DNA of 64,000 bases. Origin: Candidatus Pacearchaeota archaeon. GTDB lineage: Archaea; Nanobdellota; Nanobdellia; Pacearchaeales; GW2011-AR1. The stretch lies in contig JAFCEL010000001.1 in the NCBI GenBank assembly GCA_017609205.1, positions 214,183-278,182 on the forward strand, read 5' to 3'. Of this stretch, positions 52,292 to 60,313 are shown piece after piece (the stretch's first letter is position 1; every line of letters begins with the position of its first letter). The position numbers and the translations under genes are program-made. The notes beneath the pieces were generated by a model, which was given only the letters and a program-made list of their open reading frames with translations, was not told the DNA's origin and made no database searches.

Positions 52292-52672
52292 ATGTCACAC
52301 GATGTAGTTGCCGACGGACTAAATATGATAAAGAATGCAAAAAGAGCTAGAAGAAACTCTGTAAAAATAAAAAGAATATCTAATCTCTTAATTGAAATTT
52401 TGAAAATAATGAAGCAAAAAGAAGCAATTAAAAAATATAAGATTAACAGCAAAAATAAATCTGTTGAGGTGACTTTAGGAGATATAATTGAATGTAAGGC
52501 AATAAAACCTAGATTCAGTTGTGATGTTTCACAGATTGAAAAATACAGAAGAAGATATTTACCTGCAAGAAATATGGGAACAATGATCGTTTCAACGAAT
52601 AAAGGAATTATGACTCATGAAGAAGCTCAAAAAGAAAATGTTGGAGGGTGCTTAATTGCATTTTTTTACTGA
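52292..52672 (+). CDS. rps8: ribosomal protein uS8
   Basis: 'DVVADGLNMIKNA', C-terminal 'GIMTHEEAQKENVGGCLIAFFY'. Start at ATG 52292 with SD GGAGGT. Confidence 0.9.
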   Translation: MSHDVVADGLNMIKNAKRARRNSVKIKRISNLLIEILKIMKQKEAIKKYKINSKNKSVEVTLGDIIECKAIKPRFSCDVSQIEKYRRRYLPARNMGTMIVSTNKGIMTHEEAQKENVGGCLIAFFY

Positions 52673-52706
52673 TGGTCCTAAAAATAAACAGACAGAGGAT
52701 TGAAAT

Positions 52707-53249
52707 ATGAAAAAAGAATTAATCAAAGTTGTTGAAATCCCAGACGAAGTAGAGATTAAGAGAGAAGATGATATTTTAATTGTAAAAGGCCCTCTTGGAG
52801 AAAATAAAAAGAAGATAGGCATAGGGAAACTAATTTTTGAAATAGGAGAAAAAGAAATTAAAATAGGACATAAAAAAGCTACAAAAAAAGAAAAAAAGAG
52901 AATTAACACAATTGTAGCGCACATAAAAAACATGATTAAAGGTGTAAAGGAAAAACATGAATATAAATTGAAAATATGTTCAAGCCATTTCCCAATAAAT
53001 GTAAATGTCGAAAATGGAAAGGTAGTTATCAAAAATTTTCTTGGAGAGAAAAATGATAGGGAAGCAGAAATTCCAGAAGGAGTTGAAGTGGAAATTAAAG
53101 GGCAAGAAATAATTGTATCATCAACCAATAAAGAGCTTGCTGGGCAAGCTGCTGCAAACCTTGAAAGAGCAACGAAAATTCGTGGAAAAGACAGGAGAAT
53201 ATTCCAAGATGGAATTTACATAACCCACAAAGGAGGAAAAGAAATATGA
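52707..53249 (+). CDS. rpl6: ribosomal protein uL6
   Basis: Two-domain uL6 pattern. 'LKICSSHFPINV', 'IRGKDRRIFQDGIYI'. Confidence 0.9.
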   Translation: MKKELIKVVEIPDEVEIKREDDILIVKGPLGENKKKIGIGKLIFEIGEKEIKIGHKKATKKEKKRINTIVAHIKNMIKGVKEKHEYKLKICSSHFPINVNVENGKVVIKNFLGEKNDREAEIPEGVEVEIKGQEIIVSSTNKELAGQAAANLERATKIRGKDRRIFQDGIYITHKGGKEI

Positions 53250-53566
53250 AATTTATAAGACGGGACTGGTTTAGGTTTGGAAAATTCAAAAGAAAGAAAA
53301 AACAGAAATGGAGAAGACCTACAGGAAGGGATAATAAAATGAGAGAAAAAAGAAAAGGATATCCTGCAGTGGTTAGCATTGGATATAAAAAACAAAATAG
53401 AAGAATTCAAAGAGTTATCTTTAATTTAAAAGACCTGGATAGGATAAAAAAAGATGAAATCGTTGTTTTAGGAAAAGTCGGAAAGAAAAAACGAGAAGAA
53501 ATTTTAAAAAAAGCCAAAGAAAAAAACATAAGCATTTCTAATATAAAAAGGAAAAAACAAAAATGA
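53246..53566 (+). CDS. rpl32e: ribosomal protein eL32
   Basis: 'KKQKWRRPTGRDNKMR' and operon position. Confidence 0.85.
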   Translation: MKFIRRDWFRFGKFKRKKKQKWRRPTGRDNKMREKRKGYPAVVSIGYKKQNRRIQRVIFNLKDLDRIKKDEIVVLGKVGKKKREEILKKAKEKNISISNIKRKKQK

Positions 53567-53970
53567 ACCTCGCAAAGAAAAAAACATTAGCTCAGAAAGT
53601 TCTCAAAATTGGAAAAAGAAGAATCTCATTTGTGAAATCAAGAATCGACGAAATTAAAGAAGCGTTAACAAAACAAGATATAAGGGATCTTTATGAAGGA
53701 GGAGCGATCATTGTAAAAGATAAAAAAGGAAGAAGAGCAAAAAAGAAAGGAAAAAGAAAGAGAGGTCCTGGAAAAATAAAGAAGACTGTTAATAAAAGAA
53801 AGAGAGAGTATGTTGTTCTGACAAGAAAATTAAGAAAATATGTAGCTGAATTAAAGAAAAAAGGGGAATTGAGCTCTGAGGAAGCAAAAGAAATCAGAAA
53901 AAAAATAAGAAACCGAAATTTTAGAAGCAAAAGCCATTTAAAAGAATATATTGGAAATTTGAGAAAATGA
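53563..53970 (+). CDS. rpl19e: ribosomal protein eL19
   Basis: 'LAQKVLKIGKRRI', 'RRAKKKGKRKRGPG'. Confidence 0.85.
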   Translation: MNLAKKKTLAQKVLKIGKRRISFVKSRIDEIKEALTKQDIRDLYEGGAIIVKDKKGRRAKKKGKRKRGPGKIKKTVNKRKREYVVLTRKLRKYVAELKKKGELSSEEAKEIRKKIRNRNFRSKSHLKEYIGNLRK

Positions 53971-54434
53971 TGAATAAAGAATTATTAAAAGAACTTGAAG
54001 ATAAATTTCAGATTATGCAGAGAGATCTAGGAATTAAATCATCTCTTGAGGAGCTTGATGAGATATTTTTTATTAAAGATCATATTCTTAAAGAAGGGTT
54101 TGTAAGCAATAATTTATCTAGACAAATTTGTTCAAGAATAGTCGAAACTTATATGAGTTGGACGAACTATCTTCATAGCCTTGTAGTTCCAAATCCCCAA
54201 AATATATTAAATATAAGTGAAGCTAAATTGTTTGATTCTGAAGAGAAAAAAATAATAAACGATCTTATGAAAAAAACAATGAAACTTAATAGCAGAAATA
54301 ATCTTATTTGTCTTACAAAAGATAAAAAAGAAGAAAGCGAATTCATAGACGACGCCATTCGAGAATGGAGAGAGAACTTTAATCGAAAATTAATACAAAT
54401 AATTAATAAAATTAAAGAAGGGTGGGAAAAATGA
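53967..54434 (+). CDS. 155-aa hypothetical protein inserted between rpl19e and rpl18
   Basis: ATGA overlaps at both ends (53967-53970 and 54431-54434). Helical and acidic. No motif recognised. Confidence 0.45.
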   Translation: MMNKELLKELEDKFQIMQRDLGIKSSLEELDEIFFIKDHILKEGFVSNNLSRQICSRIVETYMSWTNYLHSLVVPNPQNILNISEAKLFDSEEKKIINDLMKKTMKLNSRNNLICLTKDKKEESEFIDDAIREWRENFNRKLIQIINKIKEGWEK

Positions 54435-54922
54435 AAACCTTAAAGAAAAGAAGAAGAGAATGCAGAACAAATTACAAAAAAAGATTAAACCTTCTTAAAG
54501 GTGAAAGACCAAGACTAGTCTTCAGAAGAACAAATAAATACCTTATTGCACAGTATGTAGTCAGCAAAGAAGCAAAAGACAAGATTCTCTTTGGAATAAC
54601 ATCAAAAGAATTAATAAAATACGGCTGGCCTGAAAGTTCTGCCGGAAGTTTAAAATCAATCCCGGCTTCATATCTAACAGGACTTTTAATCAGCAAAGAA
54701 ATAATTAAAAAGAAACTAGAACACCCAATTGTTGATTTTGGGATGTTAAGAACACTCCATAAAACAAGAATTTTTGCTTTTTTGAAAGGATTGATCGACG
54801 GAGGATTAGACATTAAATGTCCTAAAGAAAGTTTTCCAGAAGAAGAAAGAATAAAAGGCCGTGATTTGAAAAATAAAATTTTATTTGAGGAAATTAAATC
54901 AAAAATAGAAAAAATAAAATGA
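54431..54922 (+). CDS. rpl18: ribosomal protein uL18
   Basis: 'RRECRTNYKKRLNLL....PRLVFRRTNKYLIAQ'. Start at ATG 54431. Confidence 0.9.
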   Translation: MKTLKKRRRECRTNYKKRLNLLKGERPRLVFRRTNKYLIAQYVVSKEAKDKILFGITSKELIKYGWPESSAGSLKSIPASYLTGLLISKEIIKKKLEHPIVDFGMLRTLHKTRIFAFLKGLIDGGLDIKCPKESFPEEERIKGRDLKNKILFEEIKSKIEKIK

Positions 54923-55707
54923 CTGAAAAAAAAGAAAAGAACTTCGAGGATGAATTTGCAGAGATTCCTGAGGATATTTTAGATGAAGAAGAATTATTAG
55001 AACTTAAAAAAATGAAAGAAGAAACCGAAGAAAGAGTAAATGGAAAAGAAGAGACAAAAAAAGAAAAAAAACCGGTTTCTGCTTGGGATCCAAAAACAAA
55101 ATTAGGAAAAGACGTTAAGAGCGGGAAAATAAAAGATATTGATGAAATATTAGAAAAGAATCAAAAAATTTTAGAGCCAGAGATCGTTGATTCCTTGATT
55201 GAAATCCAATCAGATTTAATCTCAATTGGACAATCAAAAGGAAAGTTTGGTGGAGGAAAAAGAAGGGCATGGAGACAAACGCAACGAAAAACTAAAGAAG
55301 GAAATGTTCCAAGTTTTTCAACAATGGCTGTTGTTGGCGACGGAAAGGGACATGTCGGGATTGGAGAGGGAAAAGCAAAAGAGACTCTTCCTGCAAGAGA
55401 TAAGGCAATTAGAAAAGCTAAATTAAATATATTCAAAATTAAAAGAACTTGCTCTGCATTTGATTGTGATTGCACAGAAAAGCATACAATCCCTTACAAA
55501 ATTGAAGGAAAATGCGGGAGTGTGAGAGTTGTTCTCATTCCTGCACCACAAGGAACAGGATTAGTGGTGGGAAGAGAATTGAAAAAGGTCTTAACCTTAG
55601 CAGGAATAAAAGATGTTTACAGTAAAACATTTGGAAAGAAGAGAACTACATTTAATTTGGTCAAGGCATGTATTAATGCATTAAAGAAAACTAATCCATA
55701 TCAATAA
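54919..55707 (+). CDS. rps5: ribosomal protein uS5 with acidic N-terminal extension
   Basis: 'FSTMAVVGDGKGHVGIGEGKAKE', 'GTGLVVGRELKKVLTLAGIKDV'. Confidence 0.9.
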   Translation: MTEKKEKNFEDEFAEIPEDILDEEELLELKKMKEETEERVNGKEETKKEKKPVSAWDPKTKLGKDVKSGKIKDIDEILEKNQKILEPEIVDSLIEIQSDLISIGQSKGKFGGGKRRAWRQTQRKTKEGNVPSFSTMAVVGDGKGHVGIGEGKAKETLPARDKAIRKAKLNIFKIKRTCSAFDCDCTEKHTIPYKIEGKCGSVRVVLIPAPQGTGLVVGRELKKVLTLAGIKDVYSKTFGKKRTTFNLVKACINALKKTNPYQ

Positions 55708-55708
55708 A

Positions 55709-56140
55709 ATGAAAATTGCAGTTATTAGGATAAGAGGGCAAGTAGGACTAAAGAAAGAAATAGCTGAAACTCTCAATAGATTAAGATTAAGAAGAAAATA
55801 TAGTTGTGTTGTTTTTGAAAATCCAACAAAAGTTCAATTAGGGATGATAAAGAAGGTTAGAGATTTTGTGGCTTATGGGGAAATTAATGAAGAAACATTA
55901 AAAAATTTAATAGAAAAAAGAGGGCAATTGATTAGTAAGAAAAAGGATATTCCGAACAGCGAAGAAGTTATTAAAGGACTGCATGAAGGGAAAAAATTTG
56001 AAGATTTTAATTTAAAACCTTTTTTTAGATTGCATCCTCCTCGAGGAGGGATTGAAAGCAAAAAACATTTTAGTGTAGGAAAAGGTGTCTTAGGCGATAA
56101 CAAAGATAAAATAAATGATCTTATTAGGAGGATGCTATGA
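55709..56140 (+). CDS. rpl30: ribosomal protein uL30
   Basis: 'IAVIRIRGQVGLKKEIAETLNRLRL'. Confidence 0.9.
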   Translation: MKIAVIRIRGQVGLKKEIAETLNRLRLRRKYSCVVFENPTKVQLGMIKKVRDFVAYGEINEETLKNLIEKRGQLISKKKDIPNSEEVIKGLHEGKKFEDFNLKPFFRLHPPRGGIESKKHFSVGKGVLGDNKDKINDLIRRML

Positions 56141-56382
56141 TTTTTGATAAATTTCAACAAAAAGAAATCTTCTTACAAGGCGTTGCAGAATCACCAACTT
56201 TTCCAGGAAAATCGTATTATATTATTACCAAAGAAGGAGAGATTGTAAGAATCTCAAAGGATTTATATGAGAAATTCAGATTTATAGTTTATAAAAAAGA
56301 AGATGACGCTTATGTTCCTTGTTCACGAGGGGATATTACAGATAAGATATTAAAAGAAAGGCTGGATAAAGCATTAAAATGA
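56137..56382 (+). CDS. 81-aa hypothetical protein inserted between rpl30 and rpl15
   Basis: ATGA overlaps at both ends. Strong SD 'TAGGAGGA' 4 nt upstream. No motif recognised. Confidence 0.5.
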   Translation: MIFDKFQQKEIFLQGVAESPTFPGKSYYIITKEGEIVRISKDLYEKFRFIVYKKEDDAYVPCSRGDITDKILKERLDKALK

Positions 56383-56855
56383 AACTCAAAAAAAGAAAGA
56401 AATCATCAAGAATGCATGGAAGAAAGATGGGAACTCACGGAGGTGGAGCTAGAGTTAAAAGGAAAAAAAGCGGAAGTAAAGGAGGTGTTGGTATGGCTGG
56501 GAGTGGAAAGAGAGGAGACCAGAAAAAAACACTTATCTATAAAAAGTATGGAAATAAATATTTTGGCAAACAAGGAATTACAAGCAGAAAGACACAAAAG
56601 AAAAAAGAGAATAAGATAAATCTTCAACAAATTGAAGCAAATATTGATAATTATGGAAAGAAAACAGCAAAAGGTTGGGAAATTGATTTAAGAGATTACA
56701 AAATCCTTGGAACAGGTGAGATAAAAAATAAACTAATTATAAGTGCGAAATCAGCTTCGAAATCTGCAATTGAAAAAGTTAAAAAAGCTGGTGGAGAGAT
56801 AATTCTTTCAGAAAAGGTTAAGAAACAAGAAATTAAAAAAAAGAAAAAAGATTAG
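56379..56855 (+). CDS. rpl15: ribosomal protein uL15
   Basis: 'KKSSRMHGRKMGTHGGG...GGVGMAG' and operon position. Confidence 0.85.
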   Translation: MKLKKRKKSSRMHGRKMGTHGGGARVKRKKSGSKGGVGMAGSGKRGDQKKTLIYKKYGNKYFGKQGITSRKTQKKKENKINLQQIEANIDNYGKKTAKGWEIDLRDYKILGTGEIKNKLIISAKSASKSAIEKVKKAGGEIILSEKVKKQEIKKKKKD

Positions 56856-56960
56856 AACTAAAAGAGGTTTTTGGGATTTGTTCTTATGACTCAATCAGAT
56901 AGGTTACCTCATAAACCTTCTTGCAGAAACCTTTTAAACCATTTCAAATAATTAATATTT

Positions 56961-58400
56961 ATGGATTTGAGAAACATATTCCAATTTATTCCAGAGGTTA
57001 CAAAACCTTCTGAAAAGAAAGTTGGGTTTAATGTAAAACTTAAATGGACCTTAATAGTCCTTGTAAGTTTCTTTATATTAGCAAATATTCCTCTATTCGG
57101 ATTATCTGAAAATGCTCTTGGAAGATTTGAATATCTTGCAATTGTTCTTGGAACTTCTTTTGGGAGTATTATCTCTCTTGGAGTTGGACCAATTGTAATG
57201 GCATCGATTATTTTGCAATTATTAACTGGTTCGGGAATCTTAAATATCGACACAACAACTACTGAAGGCAAGAAATTTTTTCAAGGTATTCAAAAATTAC
57301 TTGTATTCTTTTTTATAGTTTTTGAAGCAACAGTATATGTTCTGATGAAAGGACTAGAGGCTACTCCAGGTTTTACTGGTCTGCTGATTGCTCAATTAAT
57401 ATTGGGAGGGCTTGCAATTTTTTATATGGATGAAGTTACAAGTAAATGGGGTTTTGGATCTGGTGTTAGTTTATTTATTGGGGCAGGTGTCTCGTGGAGG
57501 ATTTTTACGTCTGCATTTCAATTCATAAATCAACAAGGAAAAAATTGTCTCCTTGATTTCAAGAATACTGCATGCTCAGGGAAATTTCTTGTTTTAATCC
57601 AGTCAATAATTAATAAATATCCTATAGAATTCTTTTCTGCAGCAGCGACGATAATTGCTACAATCTTAATCTTTCTTGTTGTTGTATGGGCTCAATCATT
57701 AAAGGTTGAAATTCCTCTTTCATTTGGAAGGATTCGTGGATATTCTGTAAAATGGCCATTGTCATTTTTTTATGCTTCTGTTATTCCTGTAATCTTAACT
57801 TCCGCATTAATTGCGAATCTACAATTATTCGGAGGGATGCTCGAGAATGCTGCTGCCCCTTGTTTTATTGAGGGGGGAGTTTGTTCAGGCTCTGCAAAGA
57901 TAGCATCTTATTTCGGATGGCTCGGGCATTTTGTTCAAGGACGAGCAGTTTCAGGATTTGCTTTTTGGCTAGGATCAACGAATCTTCTTGAATTATTTAT
58001 TCGTGGAGGATTTTTACCGAAATACTTATTGCAAGGATTGACCCATATGATGTTCTTTATGTTTTTTTCAACAATATTCGCTGTTTTCTGGGTTAAAACT
58101 TCAGGAATGGATCCAAAAGCACAAGCAGAAAAAATTGCTGCATCAGGTTTGCAGGTTGCTGGTTTCAGGCAGGATATTAGAATTTTAGAGAGTATATTAA
58201 ATAGATATATAATGCCCTTAACAGTCATGGGTGGTTTGGCCATTGGTCTGCTCGCGTCATTGACTAATTCGCTCGGGGCATTAGTTTCAGGGACTGCAAT
58301 ATTGCTAGTTATTATGATTATGTTTCAGTTCTATCAGAACATTGCACAACAACACTCAGTCGATATGAATCCTGCAATGAAAAAATTTATGGGAGGTTAA
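56961..58400 (+). CDS. secY: protein translocase subunit SecY
   Basis: 10-TM protein. 'LGVGPIVMASIILQLL', 'GSGVSLFI'. Position after rpl15. Confidence 0.9.
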   Translation: MDLRNIFQFIPEVTKPSEKKVGFNVKLKWTLIVLVSFFILANIPLFGLSENALGRFEYLAIVLGTSFGSIISLGVGPIVMASIILQLLTGSGILNIDTTTTEGKKFFQGIQKLLVFFFIVFEATVYVLMKGLEATPGFTGLLIAQLILGGLAIFYMDEVTSKWGFGSGVSLFIGAGVSWRIFTSAFQFINQQGKNCLLDFKNTACSGKFLVLIQSIINKYPIEFFSAAATIIATILIFLVVVWAQSLKVEIPLSFGRIRGYSVKWPLSFFYASVIPVILTSALIANLQLFGGMLENAAAPCFIEGGVCSGSAKIASYFGWLGHFVQGRAVSGFAFWLGSTNLLELFIRGGFLPKYLLQGLTHMMFFMFFSTIFAVFWVKTSGMDPKAQAEKIAASGLQVAGFRQDIRILESILNRYIMPLTVMGGLAIGLLASLTNSLGALVSGTAILLVIMIMFQFYQNIAQQHSVDMNPAMKKFMGG

Positions 58401-58429
58401 GTTTATAAGTAATATCTTATTTAACTGAA

Positions 58430-58975
58430 ATGGTCAAGAAAAAGATAGGTTTTAGAACAATTCTTATTGTCATGATTTTAACCCTTGTAATTGCAGGACT
58501 ATGGGATAGTCTTCCGTTAATAAGAGATCTTGTTCATTCAATTCTTGATCCAAGTTTTGGGACATTGCTCAATTGGAATCTTTATCTTGGAATGATAATA
58601 ATTGTTATATTTATTTCTTTTTTAACAACACTTATTCAAAAATACACTACAGACCAAGAAGCACTAAAAGAACTGAAAGAGAAGCAGAAAAGAATTCAAG
58701 AAGAGATTAAAAAATTTCAGAAAGAAGGGAATTCAGCAAAAACAATGGAATTACAGAAAAAACAATTTGAAGCAATTCCAGAAACATTTAGGTTAAGTAT
58801 GAGTTCTTTTGTATATACGGGTGTTCCATTTATTCTTTTTATAAGGTGGTTCCAAGATTTCTTTGCATCTGCAGGAGAAATTAGATTCCTTGGATTTCTA
58901 AACTGGTTTTGGTTTTATTTAATTCTTCTAGTACTCATTGGAGGAATATTAAGAAAGGTTTTAAAAGTTCATTAA
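58430..58975 (+). CDS. DUF106 / EMC3-TMCO1-like membrane insertase (archaeal YidC/Oxa1 homologue)
   Basis: TM1, then coiled-coil 'ALKELKEKQKRIQEEIKKFQKEG...MELQKKQFE', then two TM helices. Conserved position downstream of secY. Confidence 0.6.
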   Translation: MVKKKIGFRTILIVMILTLVIAGLWDSLPLIRDLVHSILDPSFGTLLNWNLYLGMIIIVIFISFLTTLIQKYTTDQEALKELKEKQKRIQEEIKKFQKEGNSAKTMELQKKQFEAIPETFRLSMSSFVYTGVPFILFIRWFQDFFASAGEIRFLGFLNWFWFYLILLVLIGGILRKVLKVH

Positions 58976-58987
58976 TCCTGAAGACTT

Positions 58988-59407
58988 ATGAAAGAAAACA
59001 CAAAACAACAAGAAGATCTATTTAAACTTGCTCTCTTTGAACAACAAATCCAAAATATTCAAGAACAGACTTCAGCAGTAGAAAGAGCAATTGTTGATCT
59101 AAAATCATTAACCTTAGGTATTGAAGAATTAATCGGTAAAAAGGGTGAGGAGATTATGGCTTCTATTGGAAAAGGAATTTTTGCAAAAGCAAAACTCCTT
59201 TCAGAAGATTTGCTTGTTGATGTTGGAGACAAAAATCTTGTAAAGAAAAACATTCCTGAAACAAAAAAACTCATAGAAAATCAGATTAAAAAATTAGAAG
59301 ATATCAAAAGAGAACTCTCAGAAAACTTGGAAAAAATCAATAAAGAATTAACCAAGATTTTCACGGAGACCCAAAAACAAGAATCCAGGAAGAAGGCAAG
59401 ACAGTAA
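58988..59407 (+). CDS. pfdA: prefoldin alpha subunit
   Basis: 139 aa with long coiled coils flanking 'EEIMASIGKGIFAKAKLLSEDLLVDVGDKNLVKK' (two beta-hairpins). Confidence 0.7.
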   Translation: MKENTKQQEDLFKLALFEQQIQNIQEQTSAVERAIVDLKSLTLGIEELIGKKGEEIMASIGKGIFAKAKLLSEDLLVDVGDKNLVKKNIPETKKLIENQIKKLEDIKRELSENLEKINKELTKIFTETQKQESRKKARQ

Positions 59408-59446
59408 ATAAATTATTTATTTGAGAAAAGAAAAAATTGTTTGAAA

Positions 59447-60259
59447 CTAATTAACTTTCTTTAAAAATTGACTATAATTTAAAATTCCTAATTCACTAAT
59501 TATCCTCGTGATATATTTTTTATCAACAAACTCAAATGCAGGGTTTTTTATTTTTATATCCTCAGGGGCATTATTCCAAACCTCATTTAATTTTCTTTGC
59601 TCAGTGGGAATTTTTCTACCTGTAAATTTCCAAGAATCAGCAACAATATAAACCGGTATGTTTTCCTGTTTCGCAAGTTTCGCAATTGTCTCAGAACCAA
59701 TTTTATTTATTATTCCTTTTTTTAGGATTGCATCTGCTCCCAAGAAAACTTTATCTACTTTTTTATTTCCTTGCTCCCCAGAAAGTGCAACTCCAATAGC
59801 AGAATCGACAAACATTGTTACATTTATTCCTGCTTTTCTAAGTTCTCGAGAAGTTTTTCTTCCCTGAAATAAGGGACGTGTTTCTGTGTTATACACCTCA
59901 AATTTTTTCTGTTTTTTTTTCGCATAAATTAAAGCATTAACAACAGTGGTTGAATGACAATGAGTAAAAATTACATCATTGCTCCTAATTAATTTATAGA
60001 CATTTTTATTTATCTCGTCTTGTGCCTCCTTAAAATGTTTAGATATTTGAGAGTAATTTTTTGTTTTCTCAGCAAAGTTAAGAACTTTCTCCATCATTGG
60101 TTCTGTCGGGCGAGAGGATAAAAGAATCTTCTTTGTTTTCTTTGTAGGATGAAGTTTGTAAGCAAAAAGTGCTTTTTTAGCTATATTCGTAGCACCCTGT
60201 ATCTTTATTCGTTTGATATCCCTTATAATCTGATTTAACCTCTTTTGCTTATCTTCCAT
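59447..60259 (-). CDS. eIF-2B alpha/beta/delta-family sugar-phosphate isomerase, likely ribose-1,5-bisphosphate isomerase
   Basis: 'IQGATNIAKKAL', 'THCHSTTV', 'VFLGADAILKKGIINKIGS'. The family also includes aIF2B and MTR-1-P isomerase, so specificity is uncertain. Confidence 0.5.
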   Translation of the reverse strand: MEDKQKRLNQIIRDIKRIKIQGATNIAKKALFAYKLHPTKKTKKILLSSRPTEPMMEKVLNFAEKTKNYSQISKHFKEAQDEINKNVYKLIRSNDVIFTHCHSTTVVNALIYAKKKQKKFEVYNTETRPLFQGRKTSRELRKAGINVTMFVDSAIGVALSGEQGNKKVDKVFLGADAILKKGIINKIGSETIAKLAKQENIPVYIVADSWKFTGRKIPTEQRKLNEVWNNAPEDIKIKNPAFEFVDKKYITRIISELGILNYSQFLKKVN

Positions 60260-60313
60260 TATAATAAGGATAAATTGAATAACATTTAAATATTCTACTT
60301 TTATAAGGATAAT

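Noticed and set aside
48416-53410. Multiple 60-160-aa minus-strand ORFs inside the ribosomal operon (e.g. 48622-49014, 51241-51669, 52652-53128, 53095-53379)
   Set aside because: All are antisense to well-supported ribosomal protein genes. Their Phe/Leu/Ser/Ile-rich translations are the mirror image of Lys/Glu-rich coding sequence.
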